From contig JBMNTK010000001.1 of assembly GCA_050945695.1 (NCBI GenBank), positions 7,729 to 71,728 of the forward strand: a stretch of DNA of 64,000 nucleotides. The letters run 5' to 3'. Shown here one piece after another: positions 29,972-39,438 of this stretch; position 1 is the first letter of the stretch; every line of letters starts with the position of its first letter. Position numbers and translations under genes: made by a program. Source of the DNA: Anaerolineae bacterium (lineage in GTDB: Bacteria; Chloroflexota; Anaerolineae; DRVO01). The notes beneath the pieces were generated by a model. It did not search any database. It worked only from the letters and a program-made list of their open reading frames with translations, and was not told the origin of the DNA.

Positions 29972-30376
29972 CTAACTCCGTCTACGCTCTGACCCCAGAG
30001 CCGAGAGGAGAGCAGCCGCTTCCTTGGCGTCCAACTCCCCCGCTTCTAGCTGGTCCAGGATCTCCTTGCGGCGCGCTGCCACCTCTTCTGCCGAGGGCGC
30101 ACCCTCGGCCTCGTCGTATCCCATCTCCTTGATCACCTCGCTGAGACGGGTGCGTAGTGTCCAGTAGGACTCACCCAGTTCTCGCTCCATCTCCCGCAGA
30201 TTGCCCCGGCGCCGGACGAAGGACTCCACGAACCGGAGGCTCTCCGGTGAGAGGTTGCCCAGGGCGCAGGGCTCATAGCGAGCCAGGATGACCGTCTCGC
30301 AGTCACAGCACTCCAGACGGGTTGCCTCCAACTTGCCGCCACAATTTGGGCACTTGGTCAACATGGTGCGTGCCAT
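29972..30376 (-). CDS. DUF2089-like zinc-ribbon/HTH protein with C-terminal SHOCT-like helix
   Basis: N-terminal CPNCGG...CCDC zinc ribbon, central helix-turn-helix, C-terminal RRKEILDQLEAGELDAKEAAALLSAL. RBS ggaggtga. Confidence 0.7.
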   Translation of the reverse strand: MARTMLTKCPNCGGKLEATRLECCDCETVILARYEPCALGNLSPESLRFVESFVRRRGNLREMERELGESYWTLRTRLSEVIKEMGYDEAEGAPSAEEVAARRKEILDQLEAGELDAKEAAALLSALGSERRRS

Positions 30377-30402
30377 TCAATCACCTCCGCTCATGTGGCG
30401 GG

Positions 30403-30431
30403 AATATACAACGATATTGGCAACGTGTCAA
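30403..30431 (-). promoter_or_regulatory. Near-consensus sigma70-type promoter for the DUF2089/pentapeptide operon
   Basis: On the minus strand: TTGACA (30426-30431), 17-nt spacer, TATATT (30403-30408); ~25 nt upstream of the RBS/ATG at 30376. Confidence 0.6.
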
Positions 30432-30565
30432 GATCATTTGGGGGAGAACGCAAATCTGGGTGGCAGGGCCAAATCCTGCCGGCCCGTACAGGGCCGAGGA
30501 GAGGCTAGCTGGCGATGGCGGGGCGGTGAAGCGCTGGGATGCCGCCCCGCCAGGCCTAGAGGTAG

Positions 30566-32671
30566 CTAGGAAGCTGCGACCGGTTGGCCGGCCAATGTGG
30601 GTGACTCCTGCCAGGGCTCCCAGAGGACGAGGCTCAGGGCCTCCTGGGCGCCTGCTTGCCCATAGGCACGGCTCACCTTCTCCAGCTCCTTCGACCATTC
30701 CTTCTCGGTGAGGCGTACGCCGTTCTGGTCCACGACGTTGATGAGCGTCAGGGGCCGAGGGGCGAGCGCCGCCATGAGATCGGGCAGGTCGTAGGCGGTG
30801 AGGGCGCCGGACACGAAGGTGGACGGGTCGGCCGAATAGAAGCGGCTGGTCGCTACCGACCGGTAGGAGGCCAGGGGGTTGACCAGCGTGACGGCGGCGA
30901 TGCCCTCGTCGAAGGCAGCGGCGTGGAGCAGCGCCGGGCAGAGCTCTCCCCGGGCCAGCGCGCTCACGCCCTGGCCGCCAACCTCGAGCCGGCTCGACAG
31001 GAACCGGCGGCAACGCACGATGTCACCGGCCTGAACGCCCACTACGCTGCGGCCGATCAGCACCCCGGCAAAGGTCTCGAGATACGTTGGCTGTCCCTTG
31101 GGGCCGGCGAGCTCCCCGTAGCCGAGCAGATCGGCCGCCAGCACGGCGTAGCCCTGATCCACCAGCCGCTCGAGCTCCCCGCCCGGGGCCGCATCGGCCT
31201 CCTTGCCGGCCGGGGTCAGGTACAGCAGTCCCGGCACGGGCCCCTCAGCCTCGGGCACCAGGAGTAACGCCGGGATCTGGTAGTCGCCCTCTCCCTTGAG
31301 CATGTAGCGCTCGATGCAGTAGCCCTCGCGCCGGTAGCGCCCGGTGAAGACGGCCTCCGGTTCTCCTGCCGGCTCGACATAACCACACAGACGCCGGGCT
31401 GCCGCTACCGGGTCCTGGGCCGCTGCGCCCGGCAGAGACTGGGCTGCCTTGGCGTTGAGGCTGAAGACGCTCTCGCCGCCCAGCGAGTTGATGACCTGGC
31501 CCGTCTCGGTGATGCGCAGCTCCTCGGGGGTGAGGTACTCCACCTCCTCCTCGGCGGGATCGCCGGGCAGGTCGAGGTAGCGCTGCATGAAGCCGTAGAC
31601 AGCCTCACGGAGGGCCGGGGTGTAACCGTGAACGTGGTCGTCCTCAGCCAGCTGGAGGTCCGCCCCATCGCCCAAGGCGGCAAAGGCCCGGCGTGCTTCA
31701 TCCACCGTCTCTCGGGCGCCCTGGATGCTGAAGAAGTCGCGGGTGGTGGCCACCACCAGGGTAGGCTTGGGTGCCCGGGCGATGAGCAGGTCGGCGTGGT
31801 CCAGCCCCTGGGCGATGCCGGCCGGGAAGTTCTGCTCCGCGTCCTGCGGGCCGATGGACTCTAGCAGGCGGCGGAAGCCGGCGATGTAGCAGGTCGGGGC
31901 CGATGCCGCCACCCGGTCATCGAAAGCGCTCAGGTAGGCCGTGGCCGTGCCCCCGCCCGACAGGCCGGTGACCCCGATACGGTTGGGGTCCACCTCGTCC
32001 CGGGAGGTGAGGTAGTCAATAGCCCGCATCCCGTCCCAGATCCAGTAGCGGGCCAGGCTGGAGCCGGTCAGGAAGCACTGGTGGCCGACGTAGGAGTGCT
32101 CGGTAGTGGACCCGCCGATGCGGGAGCAGCCGATGGCCGGGTCGAAATACTGTAGGCGCTCGCCCTGCCCCGGTGGGTCGAAGGTGAAGACGACGAAGCC
32201 CTTCTGCACCAGGTTGAGGATGAGCTGCTGGTAGTACCAGGCGCGGAAGGCGATGTCGGTGTGGCCTATGGGGTTGACGATGCCGGGAGCGGGCTCCTTC
32301 AGCCCCTCGGGCACGAACAGGCAGCCGGTGAGGTAGAACCCCGGCTGTGCCTCCAGGACCACCTTCTCCATGCGGTAGCCAGGCTTGGCTAGGGTCCCTA
32401 CGGTGCGGGCGTTGAGTGGGGTGCGCTCCGGGAAGGGGCCCACGGTCTCGAGGAGGCGACGCTTGACGTCATCGCGGTACTCTGCCCACTGCTCTGGGGT
32501 CTGGAGAGCGGCGACCGTATCGGCGCGGCGGCGCAGGAGGTCGAAGGCTTGCCCCACGAGGTGACGATAGAGGGGACTGGCCTGGCCCGAAGGCAGCAGC
32601 CACGACGAGAGCACCGACAGATTCTCCGGCTCAGCGGGGGCAGGGGTGCGGCGCGATCTTACCGATGGCAT
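30566..32671 (-). CDS. Alpha/beta-hydrolase fold protein with tandem hydrolase-like halves (acetyl-xylan-esterase/S9-peptidase-like)
   Basis: ~701 aa from MPSVRSRR (RBS ggaggg); nucleophile elbow GLSGGG; second half also hydrolase-like. Confidence 0.65.
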   Translation of the reverse strand: MPSVRSRRTPAPAEPENLSVLSSWLLPSGQASPLYRHLVGQAFDLLRRRADTVAALQTPEQWAEYRDDVKRRLLETVGPFPERTPLNARTVGTLAKPGYRMEKVVLEAQPGFYLTGCLFVPEGLKEPAPGIVNPIGHTDIAFRAWYYQQLILNLVQKGFVVFTFDPPGQGERLQYFDPAIGCSRIGGSTTEHSYVGHQCFLTGSSLARYWIWDGMRAIDYLTSRDEVDPNRIGVTGLSGGGTATAYLSAFDDRVAASAPTCYIAGFRRLLESIGPQDAEQNFPAGIAQGLDHADLLIARAPKPTLVVATTRDFFSIQGARETVDEARRAFAALGDGADLQLAEDDHVHGYTPALREAVYGFMQRYLDLPGDPAEEEVEYLTPEELRITETGQVINSLGGESVFSLNAKAAQSLPGAAAQDPVAAARRLCGYVEPAGEPEAVFTGRYRREGYCIERYMLKGEGDYQIPALLLVPEAEGPVPGLLYLTPAGKEADAAPGGELERLVDQGYAVLAADLLGYGELAGPKGQPTYLETFAGVLIGRSVVGVQAGDIVRCRRFLSSRLEVGGQGVSALARGELCPALLHAAAFDEGIAAVTLVNPLASYRSVATSRFYSADPSTFVSGALTAYDLPDLMAALAPRPLTLINVVDQNGVRLTEKEWSKELEKVSRAYGQAGAQEALSLVLWEPWQESPTLAGQPVAAS

Positions 32672-32797
32672 GGCATTTCCCTCCGGCTTAAGCATTGGCA
32701 AGCGGTGGCCGCATGATAGCACTGGTCAGCAGGTCTTTGGAGCGGGGCCAGGGCCTACCGTATCCTCACCGGCAGGCCCTGCTCAGGAGATGGCGGT

Positions 32798-33286
32798 CTA
32801 GTAGACGAACGGGATCAGGAAGTAGGTGTCCCGAACGTAGGCCTGCCACTGCTCGGGGAACCGCCGGGCGATGGCCTCCTCTTCCAGGCGAGCCCGGTAG
32901 ATGGACATGGGCACAAACAGGGCCAGCGCCGCCGCTGCCCCCCACAGGCTATGCAGCGCCAGCGCCAACCCGATGAGGCCAATGATCACCCCCAGGTAGA
33001 GGGGGTGCCGGACGTAACGGTACGGGCCCACCTCGAGCAGCCGAGGGGACCGGGGCTCGATCATCCCTAGGGCCTCCAGGCGCAGGTAGGCCAGCGCCCA
33101 GCCGAAGATGGCAAAGCCCGCGGCGAAGAGCACGATTCCCATCGCCGAGCTCACGGACGCCGGCAGCGCCGATGGGGTCTTGGCAAGCAGGCTGATGATT
33201 ACCACGAGGACGAAGGTGCCGATATGAACCAGGCTTATCAGGCGCTCGTTTCTCACTACGGCCGCTCCCACTAACGTCAATGGCAA
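32798..33286 (-). CDS. Isoprenylcysteine carboxyl methyltransferase (ICMT/PEMT) family membrane methyltransferase
   Basis: Four or five TM helices; LLEVGPYRYVRHPLYLGVIIGLIG signature. Confidence 0.7.
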   Translation of the reverse strand: MPLTLVGAAVVRNERLISLVHIGTFVLVVIISLLAKTPSALPASVSSAMGIVLFAAGFAIFGWALAYLRLEALGMIEPRSPRLLEVGPYRYVRHPLYLGVIIGLIGLALALHSLWGAAAALALFVPMSIYRARLEEEAIARRFPEQWQAYVRDTYFLIPFVY

Positions 33287-33444
33287 AGCTATCGGTGTAG
33301 GCTCGACGCTGGGGCCATTCTAGGGGTCGCGGGCGGCCGGGTAAAGCCGGGGGGAGGCCTCACGCACAGCCGCGAAGGCGCCAAGTCACTTGTCCCGGCT
33401 CCCTCTGCGGCTTAGCGCCTTCGCGTGAGACCCCGCTTCGTCCC

Positions 33445-34941
33445 TTACCCCTCAACCCAGATGGGGCTGGACCAGGCCATGTGGCCGTTGCGCTGCTGCA
33501 CCCTCAGGTAGTAGTAGTCCCGCTCCCGTTCCGGGCGGGCCTCGTCGCGCAGGTCCCACTGCCACTGCAGCTCCTGGGCGGGCAGCGCCCGGTGGACGAG
33601 GAGCGTCTCGGCCGAGAACGAAGGGCCCATCCGTTGGACGTGGTTGCGCGTCAGGGCCTCTCCCACGGTCAGGCGCACCTGCTGGGCGCTGGGCATCTGC
33701 GTCTCGATGAGCAGCCGCGCTTCCGGGCGTGCCCGCAGGGTGAAGACCAGGGAATTGGTGGCGACGCCCCGGAAGGCTTGCCGGCGCGAGGTGTAGGAGG
33801 TCCAAGTGCAGGAGGTAGCGCTCTGCTCCAGGATCCGGTTGCGCCGCTCTTCATCAAGGGGGCCTGACTGGAAGTGCGGCACGACCGACAAGATCTCACC
33901 CTCGGTGAGCGACAACCGTATCAGCCAGTCCACCACCGTCTCGCTCTCCATGCCGCCCCAGCCCCACTCCACCCGGAGCACGCACTCGACCACGTCGGGG
34001 TCCGGGTCAGGGGCGGGGACAGGCAGTTCGCACAGGAGCCGCCGCCAGATGCGCCCGTTCTTGATGAGTTCCACCGCCAGGGGCTCATCCTCCAGCCGCA
34101 ACCCCGCTCGCAGGCGCCGATCCCCTTGGCCCGGCAAGACGCTGCCCATGGGGGCGCCGTTCAGGGCGAAGTCCAGGGTGATGCGGTCGCCGGTGACAGC
34201 GTAGGTGCGCCGGTCCTTGAGAGCCTGGAAGACTGACTCCCGGGTGAGCGACTCCGCCAGCACCCCGGTCAGGCCCTCGCCGTAGGCGCCCGGGTAGCCC
34301 AGGTGATCGTCGGTGGAGGCAGTGAACCCGAAGATCAACCCCTGCTCCAGTGCATAGCGGATGGTCTGCGCCGTCGAAGCTGGCCCCATGGAATGACCGA
34401 CCATGGGCCAGGCGCCCCACTCGGTCTCAGAGGCGCCGTGCTCGGAGAACACCTCCACCACGGGCGAGGCGACCGGATCGAAGTACTCCCAGGCGATGCC
34501 CCGGGAACCGCGGGCGTAGGCCACGTGGTGCGGCACCATGATGGCGCCCTCCCGGCGCACGTACTCCTGCAGTTGCCGGATGTCGTCGAAGTAGCTGATC
34601 TGGTGGTCCGGGCCCGGGTAGATGATGTGGTAGTCGCCCAGGTTGGAGGAATGCCACTCGTGCCCCAGGAAGGTGACGAACGATCCGGGCTGGTAAGCCG
34701 CCTGCATCTGGGCTCGCACCTGGTCCCATGCCTGCCGGACGCGCTCGAAGCCCTCCTGGTGCTTACGGTGCACTGCCGGGGGCGTGTTGGCCTCGTCGAA
34801 CCACTGCCCATGGGGCGTGAAGCAGAAGATGTCCAGGTGTTCGCGGGCGATCTCTATCGCTCGGGCGAGCGAGCCCCGCCCGTACCCAACCTCGTTGTGG
34901 TTATGCAGGTCGCCCCAGAAGATGCGGTGGTCGCTGTGCAC
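33445..34941 (-). CDS. DUF3604/PHP-like metal-dependent phosphoesterase-family protein
   Basis: N-terminal FWGDLHNHNEVGYGRGS (PHP His cluster), HEWHSS, VPHHVAY; 498 aa. Confidence 0.6.
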   Translation of the reverse strand: MHSDHRIFWGDLHNHNEVGYGRGSLARAIEIAREHLDIFCFTPHGQWFDEANTPPAVHRKHQEGFERVRQAWDQVRAQMQAAYQPGSFVTFLGHEWHSSNLGDYHIIYPGPDHQISYFDDIRQLQEYVRREGAIMVPHHVAYARGSRGIAWEYFDPVASPVVEVFSEHGASETEWGAWPMVGHSMGPASTAQTIRYALEQGLIFGFTASTDDHLGYPGAYGEGLTGVLAESLTRESVFQALKDRRTYAVTGDRITLDFALNGAPMGSVLPGQGDRRLRAGLRLEDEPLAVELIKNGRIWRRLLCELPVPAPDPDPDVVECVLRVEWGWGGMESETVVDWLIRLSLTEGEILSVVPHFQSGPLDEERRNRILEQSATSCTWTSYTSRRQAFRGVATNSLVFTLRARPEARLLIETQMPSAQQVRLTVGEALTRNHVQRMGPSFSAETLLVHRALPAQELQWQWDLRDEARPERERDYYYLRVQQRNGHMAWSSPIWVEG

Positions 34942-34989
34942 GGCTTTCCCTCCCGTTAGTGGAGGGAAACCTTAGCGGCAACGGGGCTG

Positions 34990-35420
34990 GGCGGCAAGGG
35001 GGGGCAGGCGCCGGGGGCGAGGGTGTCGCTGCGGGTGAGAGTCGCCGGGGGCGAGGGTTTCGCCGGGGGCTGAACCCCCCGGCTACCTATGCGAAGCCGG
35101 CCCTTCGGCCGGCTGGTGAGGCCGTCGCAGGCACGGGATCCGCGGACAGGTGTAGGGGCGGACGGCCCCGTCCGCCCTTTGGGGCAGGCGCGGTGGCCTG
35201 CCCCTACATGGACGTTGACGGAGGCAGCAGGCGTCTCTAGGCGGCGGTCACGTCGGGGTAGGGGCGGCGCGAAGGGCGTTAGCCCGGAGCTCCGCCCGGG
35301 TTTCCTCAAATGCAGCGTGTCGAGTGTCGGCGAGGGGCGATGGGCGGGGCTTCGCCGGGCGAAAAGATGCCCGGCTTCGCTCCGCCCCTACCCGGACGTG
35401 GCCGGCCCCCGGACCCCCTC
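34990..35420. repeat. GC-rich mosaic REP-like repeat cluster (family B/C)
   Basis: Hairpins gccgggggctgaaccccccggc and gtaggggcggacggccccgtccgccc; module ggcaggcgcggtggcctgcccctac shared with 59700-59760 (reverse complement) and 49940-49975. Confidence 0.55.
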
Positions 35421-35667
35421 AGCCGATCTCCTGGGCAAAGCGCTGGGTGTCGTACTCCCATTCCCGCGTTTCCAGCGTCACCTGTGAGCCCCGGCCACCC
35501 TCCCCGGCCTCGGCCGTGACGGTGACATACCCCCCACCGCCGGTGAACGTGACGCAAGTGTCCGACTGGGGGCGGGCCTCCATGCCTAGCCCCTGGGCGA
35601 AGTAACCGGTAGCCCGGGTGATGACCTGTTGCGGGTCGTATTGCGTCTTCACTAACAGTCTCAGCAT
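35419..35667 (-). CDS. Small hypothetical protein (82 aa)
   Basis: [82 protein letters not shown]. Composition is unlike the random high-GC ORFs; RBS aggcagggg. Confidence 0.4.
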   Translation of the reverse strand: MLRLLVKTQYDPQQVITRATGYFAQGLGMEARPQSDTCVTFTGGGGYVTVTAEAGEGGRGSQVTLETREWEYDTQRFAQEIG

Positions 35668-35835
35668 TGCACACCCCTGCCTTACCCGCTGCCCTCTGCC
35701 GGGGCGGCGGGCGCAGTGCTGTATAGCCGCCCCGGGGCCCAGCGGTCAAGGCCGGTGCGCTTCACCATCCGCCACCGTTCAGGCATAATGGGGCGGATCC
35801 AGTCACCGCGCTGGGCGCGGCCCAAGGAGAGTACC

Positions 35836-36165
35836 ATGTTGATCACTACTACTAATACGTTGGAAGGCAAGAAAATCGTTCAGTACTTCGGCCTGGTGAG
35901 TGGCGAGGCCATTCTGGGGGCCAACATCTTCCGCGACCTCTTCGCCGGGGTGCGCGACATAGTGGGTGGGCGTTCGGCCGAATATGAAGAGGAGCTGCGC
36001 CGCGCCAAGGACTTGGCTATAGAGGAGATGAGCCACCAGGCCCTCGCCTTGGGCGCCAATGCCGTCATCGGTGTGGACCTGGACTACGAGACCATCAACC
36101 CCGGCGGAAGTGGTGGCATGCTCATGGTGACCGCTGCCGGCACCGCCGTCCGCTACGAAGAGTAG
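35836..36165 (+). CDS. YbjQ/UPF0145 (DUF74) family protein
   Basis: [54 protein letters not shown]... RBS aaggagagtaccATG. Confidence 0.8.
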   Translation: MLITTTNTLEGKKIVQYFGLVSGEAILGANIFRDLFAGVRDIVGGRSAEYEEELRRAKDLAIEEMSHQALALGANAVIGVDLDYETINPGGSGGMLMVTAAGTAVRYEE

Positions 36166-36169
36166 CCTG

Positions 36170-37135
36170 GTGCCGGACGCCGACGGCGCCCAAACTGGCT
36201 TGTCGTCGTTGGCTTCGGTGGCAACTACCTGGGGCGGCCTCGGCCCGGACGACAGTCTCCTCGTAGTCACTGACGCCGGGTTCCTGCCGCTGGCGCAGCG
36301 CCTGGCCGAGGATAACCGCCCCTTCGTGCGCCGGGTGTCGCTCTTGGACGTGGAGGATGCCGGGGCTGCCGCTGCTGCCGAGGCCCTAGCCCCCAACGAT
36401 CTCCTGCTGGTGCTCATCGGCGCCGATTCGTTCATCAGCAAAGGCTATGGTCGCCACTATCCCCCGTTCTCTCGGCCATCGGGGGTAGTGGCCAAGTACG
36501 CCTTCGTCCGGCCTACCATCACTGCTGCCGCCCTGGCGCAGGGCCTCAATACCCCGCTTGCCCTGGCCGATGGGCTGGCCGCCCGCTACGGGGGAGCAAC
36601 CGCAGGGAGCTGGTTCCGGGTCACTGCTCCTGGGGGGACCGATCTGGCCGCCCAGGCGCGCGCTTGCACCTCCATCCCCTACCGCACTGCCGGTCCGGGC
36701 GAGGTGGCCTACCTGCCCCCGGCAGAGGTATCGTGGGCGCTGGTGCCTGGTACGGCCACCGGCCGCATCGTGGTGGACGTCACCGTCGGCGAGCTGCGGG
36801 TGGGCCACGAGCTTCGCGATGCCCTCGGGCTGGTTGACCAGCCGGTGCACCTGGAGGTGCGCGACGGCAAAGTGTGCGACATCGGCGGGGGACGCATCGC
36901 GGCCCGGTTGGCCGAGGGGCTGAGCCACCTGGAGGACTCCTGCCGAGAGGTGATCGAACTGGGGTTCGGGCTGTCGCGCATGGAGCCGACCGGCATCATA
37001 GGCATTGACGAGAGCATCGCCGGCACCTGTCACTTCGGCATCGGTGCCGATCACGCTGGGGGGCACAGTGCGCCCATCCACCTCGACATGGTGCTCTGGC
37101 ACCCGGGAGTCGAGGCGGTGGACGCGCCGCGGTAG
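36170..37135 (+). CDS. M29/AmpS-like aminopeptidase-family protein (short form); paralog of 5056..5967
   Basis: GTG start; C-terminal IAGTCHFGIGADHAGGHSAPIHLDMV, same motif order as GTCHFCFGDN...GGTNASHWH in the 5056..5967 protein. Confidence 0.45.
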   Translation: MPDADGAQTGLSSLASVATTWGGLGPDDSLLVVTDAGFLPLAQRLAEDNRPFVRRVSLLDVEDAGAAAAAEALAPNDLLLVLIGADSFISKGYGRHYPPFSRPSGVVAKYAFVRPTITAAALAQGLNTPLALADGLAARYGGATAGSWFRVTAPGGTDLAAQARACTSIPYRTAGPGEVAYLPPAEVSWALVPGTATGRIVVDVTVGELRVGHELRDALGLVDQPVHLEVRDGKVCDIGGGRIAARLAEGLSHLEDSCREVIELGFGLSRMEPTGIIGIDESIAGTCHFGIGADHAGGHSAPIHLDMVLWHPGVEAVDAPR

Positions 37136-37171
37136 TGCTGACATCCTGGATCTACAGAGGCAACAGGCAGT

Positions 37172-37853
37172 GAGGGGAGAGCAGAACCGGAATTCGCGCG
37201 CCGTCCTGTGGGACATGGACGGCACCTTGGTAGACACCGCCCAATACCACTGGCTTGCCTGGGAGGAAACCATGCAAGCCGAGGGTCAACCCATCACCTA
37301 CGAGCAGTTCCTGACCACCTTTGGCCAGCGCAACGATGTGGTGCTCCACGGATACTTTGGGCCCGACCTGCCAGAGGCCGAAGTAGCGCGCATCGCCCAC
37401 TTCAAGGAGGCCCGCTATCGCGAGCTGGTGCGCTCGCGCGGGGTCACCTTCCTGCCCGGGGCCCGAGAGTGGCTGGAGTGCCTCCAAGCTCAGGGCTGGC
37501 GCCAGGCCCTGGCCTCCTCCGCTCCCCGAGCCAACGTGGACACCATCCTGGAGGTGCTGGAGGCGGGCTGGCTCTTCGACGCCATCGTGGCCGGGGAGGA
37601 CGTGCAGCGGGGCAAGCCCGACCCGCAGGTCTTCCTCCTGGCTGCCCAGGCTGCCGGCACCCCACCCGAACGCTGCGTGGCCGTCGAGGACGCCCCGGCC
37701 GGGGTGGAGGCCGCTCGCCGGGCGGGAATGCCGGTCGTGGGCGTCCTCACCTCGCACGAAAGCCTCTCTGCGGACCTGGTGGTCCGGTCCCTGGCCGAAC
37801 TGCCCTGCGACAGCTTCGATCGGTTGCTGGAAGGCCGGGGCAGGCGCCGCTAG
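37172..37853 (+). CDS. HAD-superfamily hydrolase (beta-phosphoglucomutase-like subfamily IA)
   Basis: Motif I AVLWDMDGTLVDT; motif IV GEDVQRGKPDP; probable GTG start near 37172, as the ORF-track N-terminus overlaps the upstream gene. Confidence 0.75.
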
Positions 37854-38866
37854 CGCCCGTCTCGGCCCCACTCCAATACCACTCCCAGCCCCCGCGGGCC
37901 GGCAGCCAGCCGCTCGAAGACCTCCAGCGCCTGCTCTGCCGGCACCCGGTCGCTCACCAGGTCCGCCAAAGAGAGCCGACCGGCGGTCAGGAGGCTCAGC
38001 GCTACCCGCAGGTTCTGTTCTCGCGTCCAGGGGTAGCGGGCATTGGGTGTCTGTACGGTGGGGTTGGAGCCAATGACAGCGATGCCCTTGCGGTGGAGGT
38101 CGTTGTAGGGGTCTATCTCCACCCGACCGCGGGGGCTGCCCAGAAGCACGGCCCGGCCAAACTCGCTCGTCGCCTGCAGGACCTGCGGGATGACGGTGGG
38201 GTCGCCGGTGGCTTCGATCGCCACGTCCACCCCGGGCTCACCGAGCCCACTCACGAACCATTCCTGGAGCTGGGGCTCGCCTGGTGCCGCCACCAGGGCG
38301 CCGGCAGCCTGCGCCGCCTGGCGGCGCTCAGGGATGGGGTCGATTCCCACCACCCGGCTCGCCCCGGCCAGCAGCGCATAGCGCACGGTATACTGGCCGA
38401 TCAGGCCCAGGCCGAACACTGCCGCCGTCTCCCCCAGGGCCAGCCCGCTCACCCGCACCCCGTTGAGCCCCACGGCGGAGTGGCTGGCCAGGGCACCCTC
38501 CTCGAAGCTTACTCCCTCGGGCAGCAACTTGACCCGCCCGCTGGCGGCCTCCATCACCTGGTGAGTGCCGTAGCTTCCCAGGTAGGTGACCCGATCCCCG
38601 GGGGCAAATCCTTCCACCCCCGGGCCGACGGCCAGCACCACCCCGCCCACGTGCCCGCCCGGACGGTGAGGGTACCGGGGGTAGCGGGCCTGGGGGTTGC
38701 CCGCGTTGATGTGGGTGCCCTTGTAGATGGAGACATCGGTGCCGGCGCTTATCACACTCGCCCGGGCCTCAAGCAGCACCTCTCCCGGGCCTGGCGAGTC
38801 GGCGACTTCCCATTCTTCCCAGCGTGCCCGTCCAGGCACCTCGAAGAGCAGACGTCTGGCCTTCAT
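37850..38866 (-). CDS. Zinc-binding alcohol dehydrogenase family (MDR) oxidoreductase
   Basis: MKARRLLFEVPGRARWEEWEV...; GHVGGVVLAVGPGVEGFAPGDRV; Rossmann GLGLIGQ. Confidence 0.8.
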   Translation of the reverse strand: MKARRLLFEVPGRARWEEWEVADSPGPGEVLLEARASVISAGTDVSIYKGTHINAGNPQARYPRYPHRPGGHVGGVVLAVGPGVEGFAPGDRVTYLGSYGTHQVMEAASGRVKLLPEGVSFEEGALASHSAVGLNGVRVSGLALGETAAVFGLGLIGQYTVRYALLAGASRVVGIDPIPERRQAAQAAGALVAAPGEPQLQEWFVSGLGEPGVDVAIEATGDPTVIPQVLQATSEFGRAVLLGSPRGRVEIDPYNDLHRKGIAVIGSNPTVQTPNARYPWTREQNLRVALSLLTAGRLSLADLVSDRVPAEQALEVFERLAAGPRGLGVVLEWGRDGR

Positions 38867-39178
38867 GTCACCCCCCATTCCCGGGCGCCTCGGCCGGAGC
38901 CCGGCGTCGGCGTGATTGTGCCCTAGCCTTCAGGCGGCGGCAACGGGACCCGCGCGTAGTACCGTGGTACTATGCATCCGCGCCCGATCCTGCCGATAAC
39001 TTTGGCAGGTGGGCAGGAAGAGACCCGGACATCATCCCCCCAACGCTGACCACATCTCAGCACCACTGCATCAAACACCGCAATCCCTCATCATACCGGG
39101 TCATCCTCCCACCTACGGTGTGTCAGGGCGACCGGCCTCCATTACACCTCTTCTCCCCTGTGGTCATCGAGTTCTCTG

Positions 39179-39187
39179 TGGTAGAAT
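39179..39187 (+). promoter_or_regulatory. Extended -10 element TGgTAGAAT upstream of the PLDc_N/ABC operon
   Basis: tgtggTAGAATcc ~50 nt upstream of the GTG at 39240, within a lower-GC intergenic region. Confidence 0.35.
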
Positions 39188-39239
39188 CCCCACCCCTGAT
39201 TGCTGAGCGCGGGCGGTACACTCCCGGTAGGAGGGCGTA

Positions 39240-39437
39240 GTGGAAGAGCTTACCGAATTTCTGCCCCTTATAATACCGATCCTCCTCCTCGAGCTGGCCC
39301 TCATGGTGGTGGCCTTGGTGGACCTTCTGCGGCGGGAGCGCACCCGCAACCTGCCCAAGTGGGCGTGGATCCTGATCGTGGTCCTCTTCCAGATCATCGG
39401 GCCCATCGCCTACTTCCTGGCCGGACGGGAGGACTAG
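39240..39437 (+). CDS. PLD-nuclease N-terminal (PLDc_N) domain small membrane protein
   Basis: 65 aa, two TM; motif LPKWAWILIVVLFQIIGPIAYFLAGR; RBS ggtaggaggg. Confidence 0.7.
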   Translation: MEELTEFLPLIIPILLLELALMVVALVDLLRRERTRNLPKWAWILIVVLFQIIGPIAYFLAGRED

Positions 39438-39438
39438 C

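Noticed and set aside
28039-29992. Several + strand ORFs (251 aa, 310 aa, others) antisense to the pentapeptide-repeat genes
   Set aside because: Ser/Arg/Ala/Pro low-complexity translations produced by the periodic repeat DNA. The minus-strand genes have RBSs and a shared motif.
37208-38926. 572-aa + strand ORF spanning the HAD hydrolase and antisense to the alcohol dehydrogenase
   Set aside because: Translation is Arg/Pro/Gly-rich low complexity. The region is fully explained by the HAD (+) and MDR dehydrogenase (-) genes.
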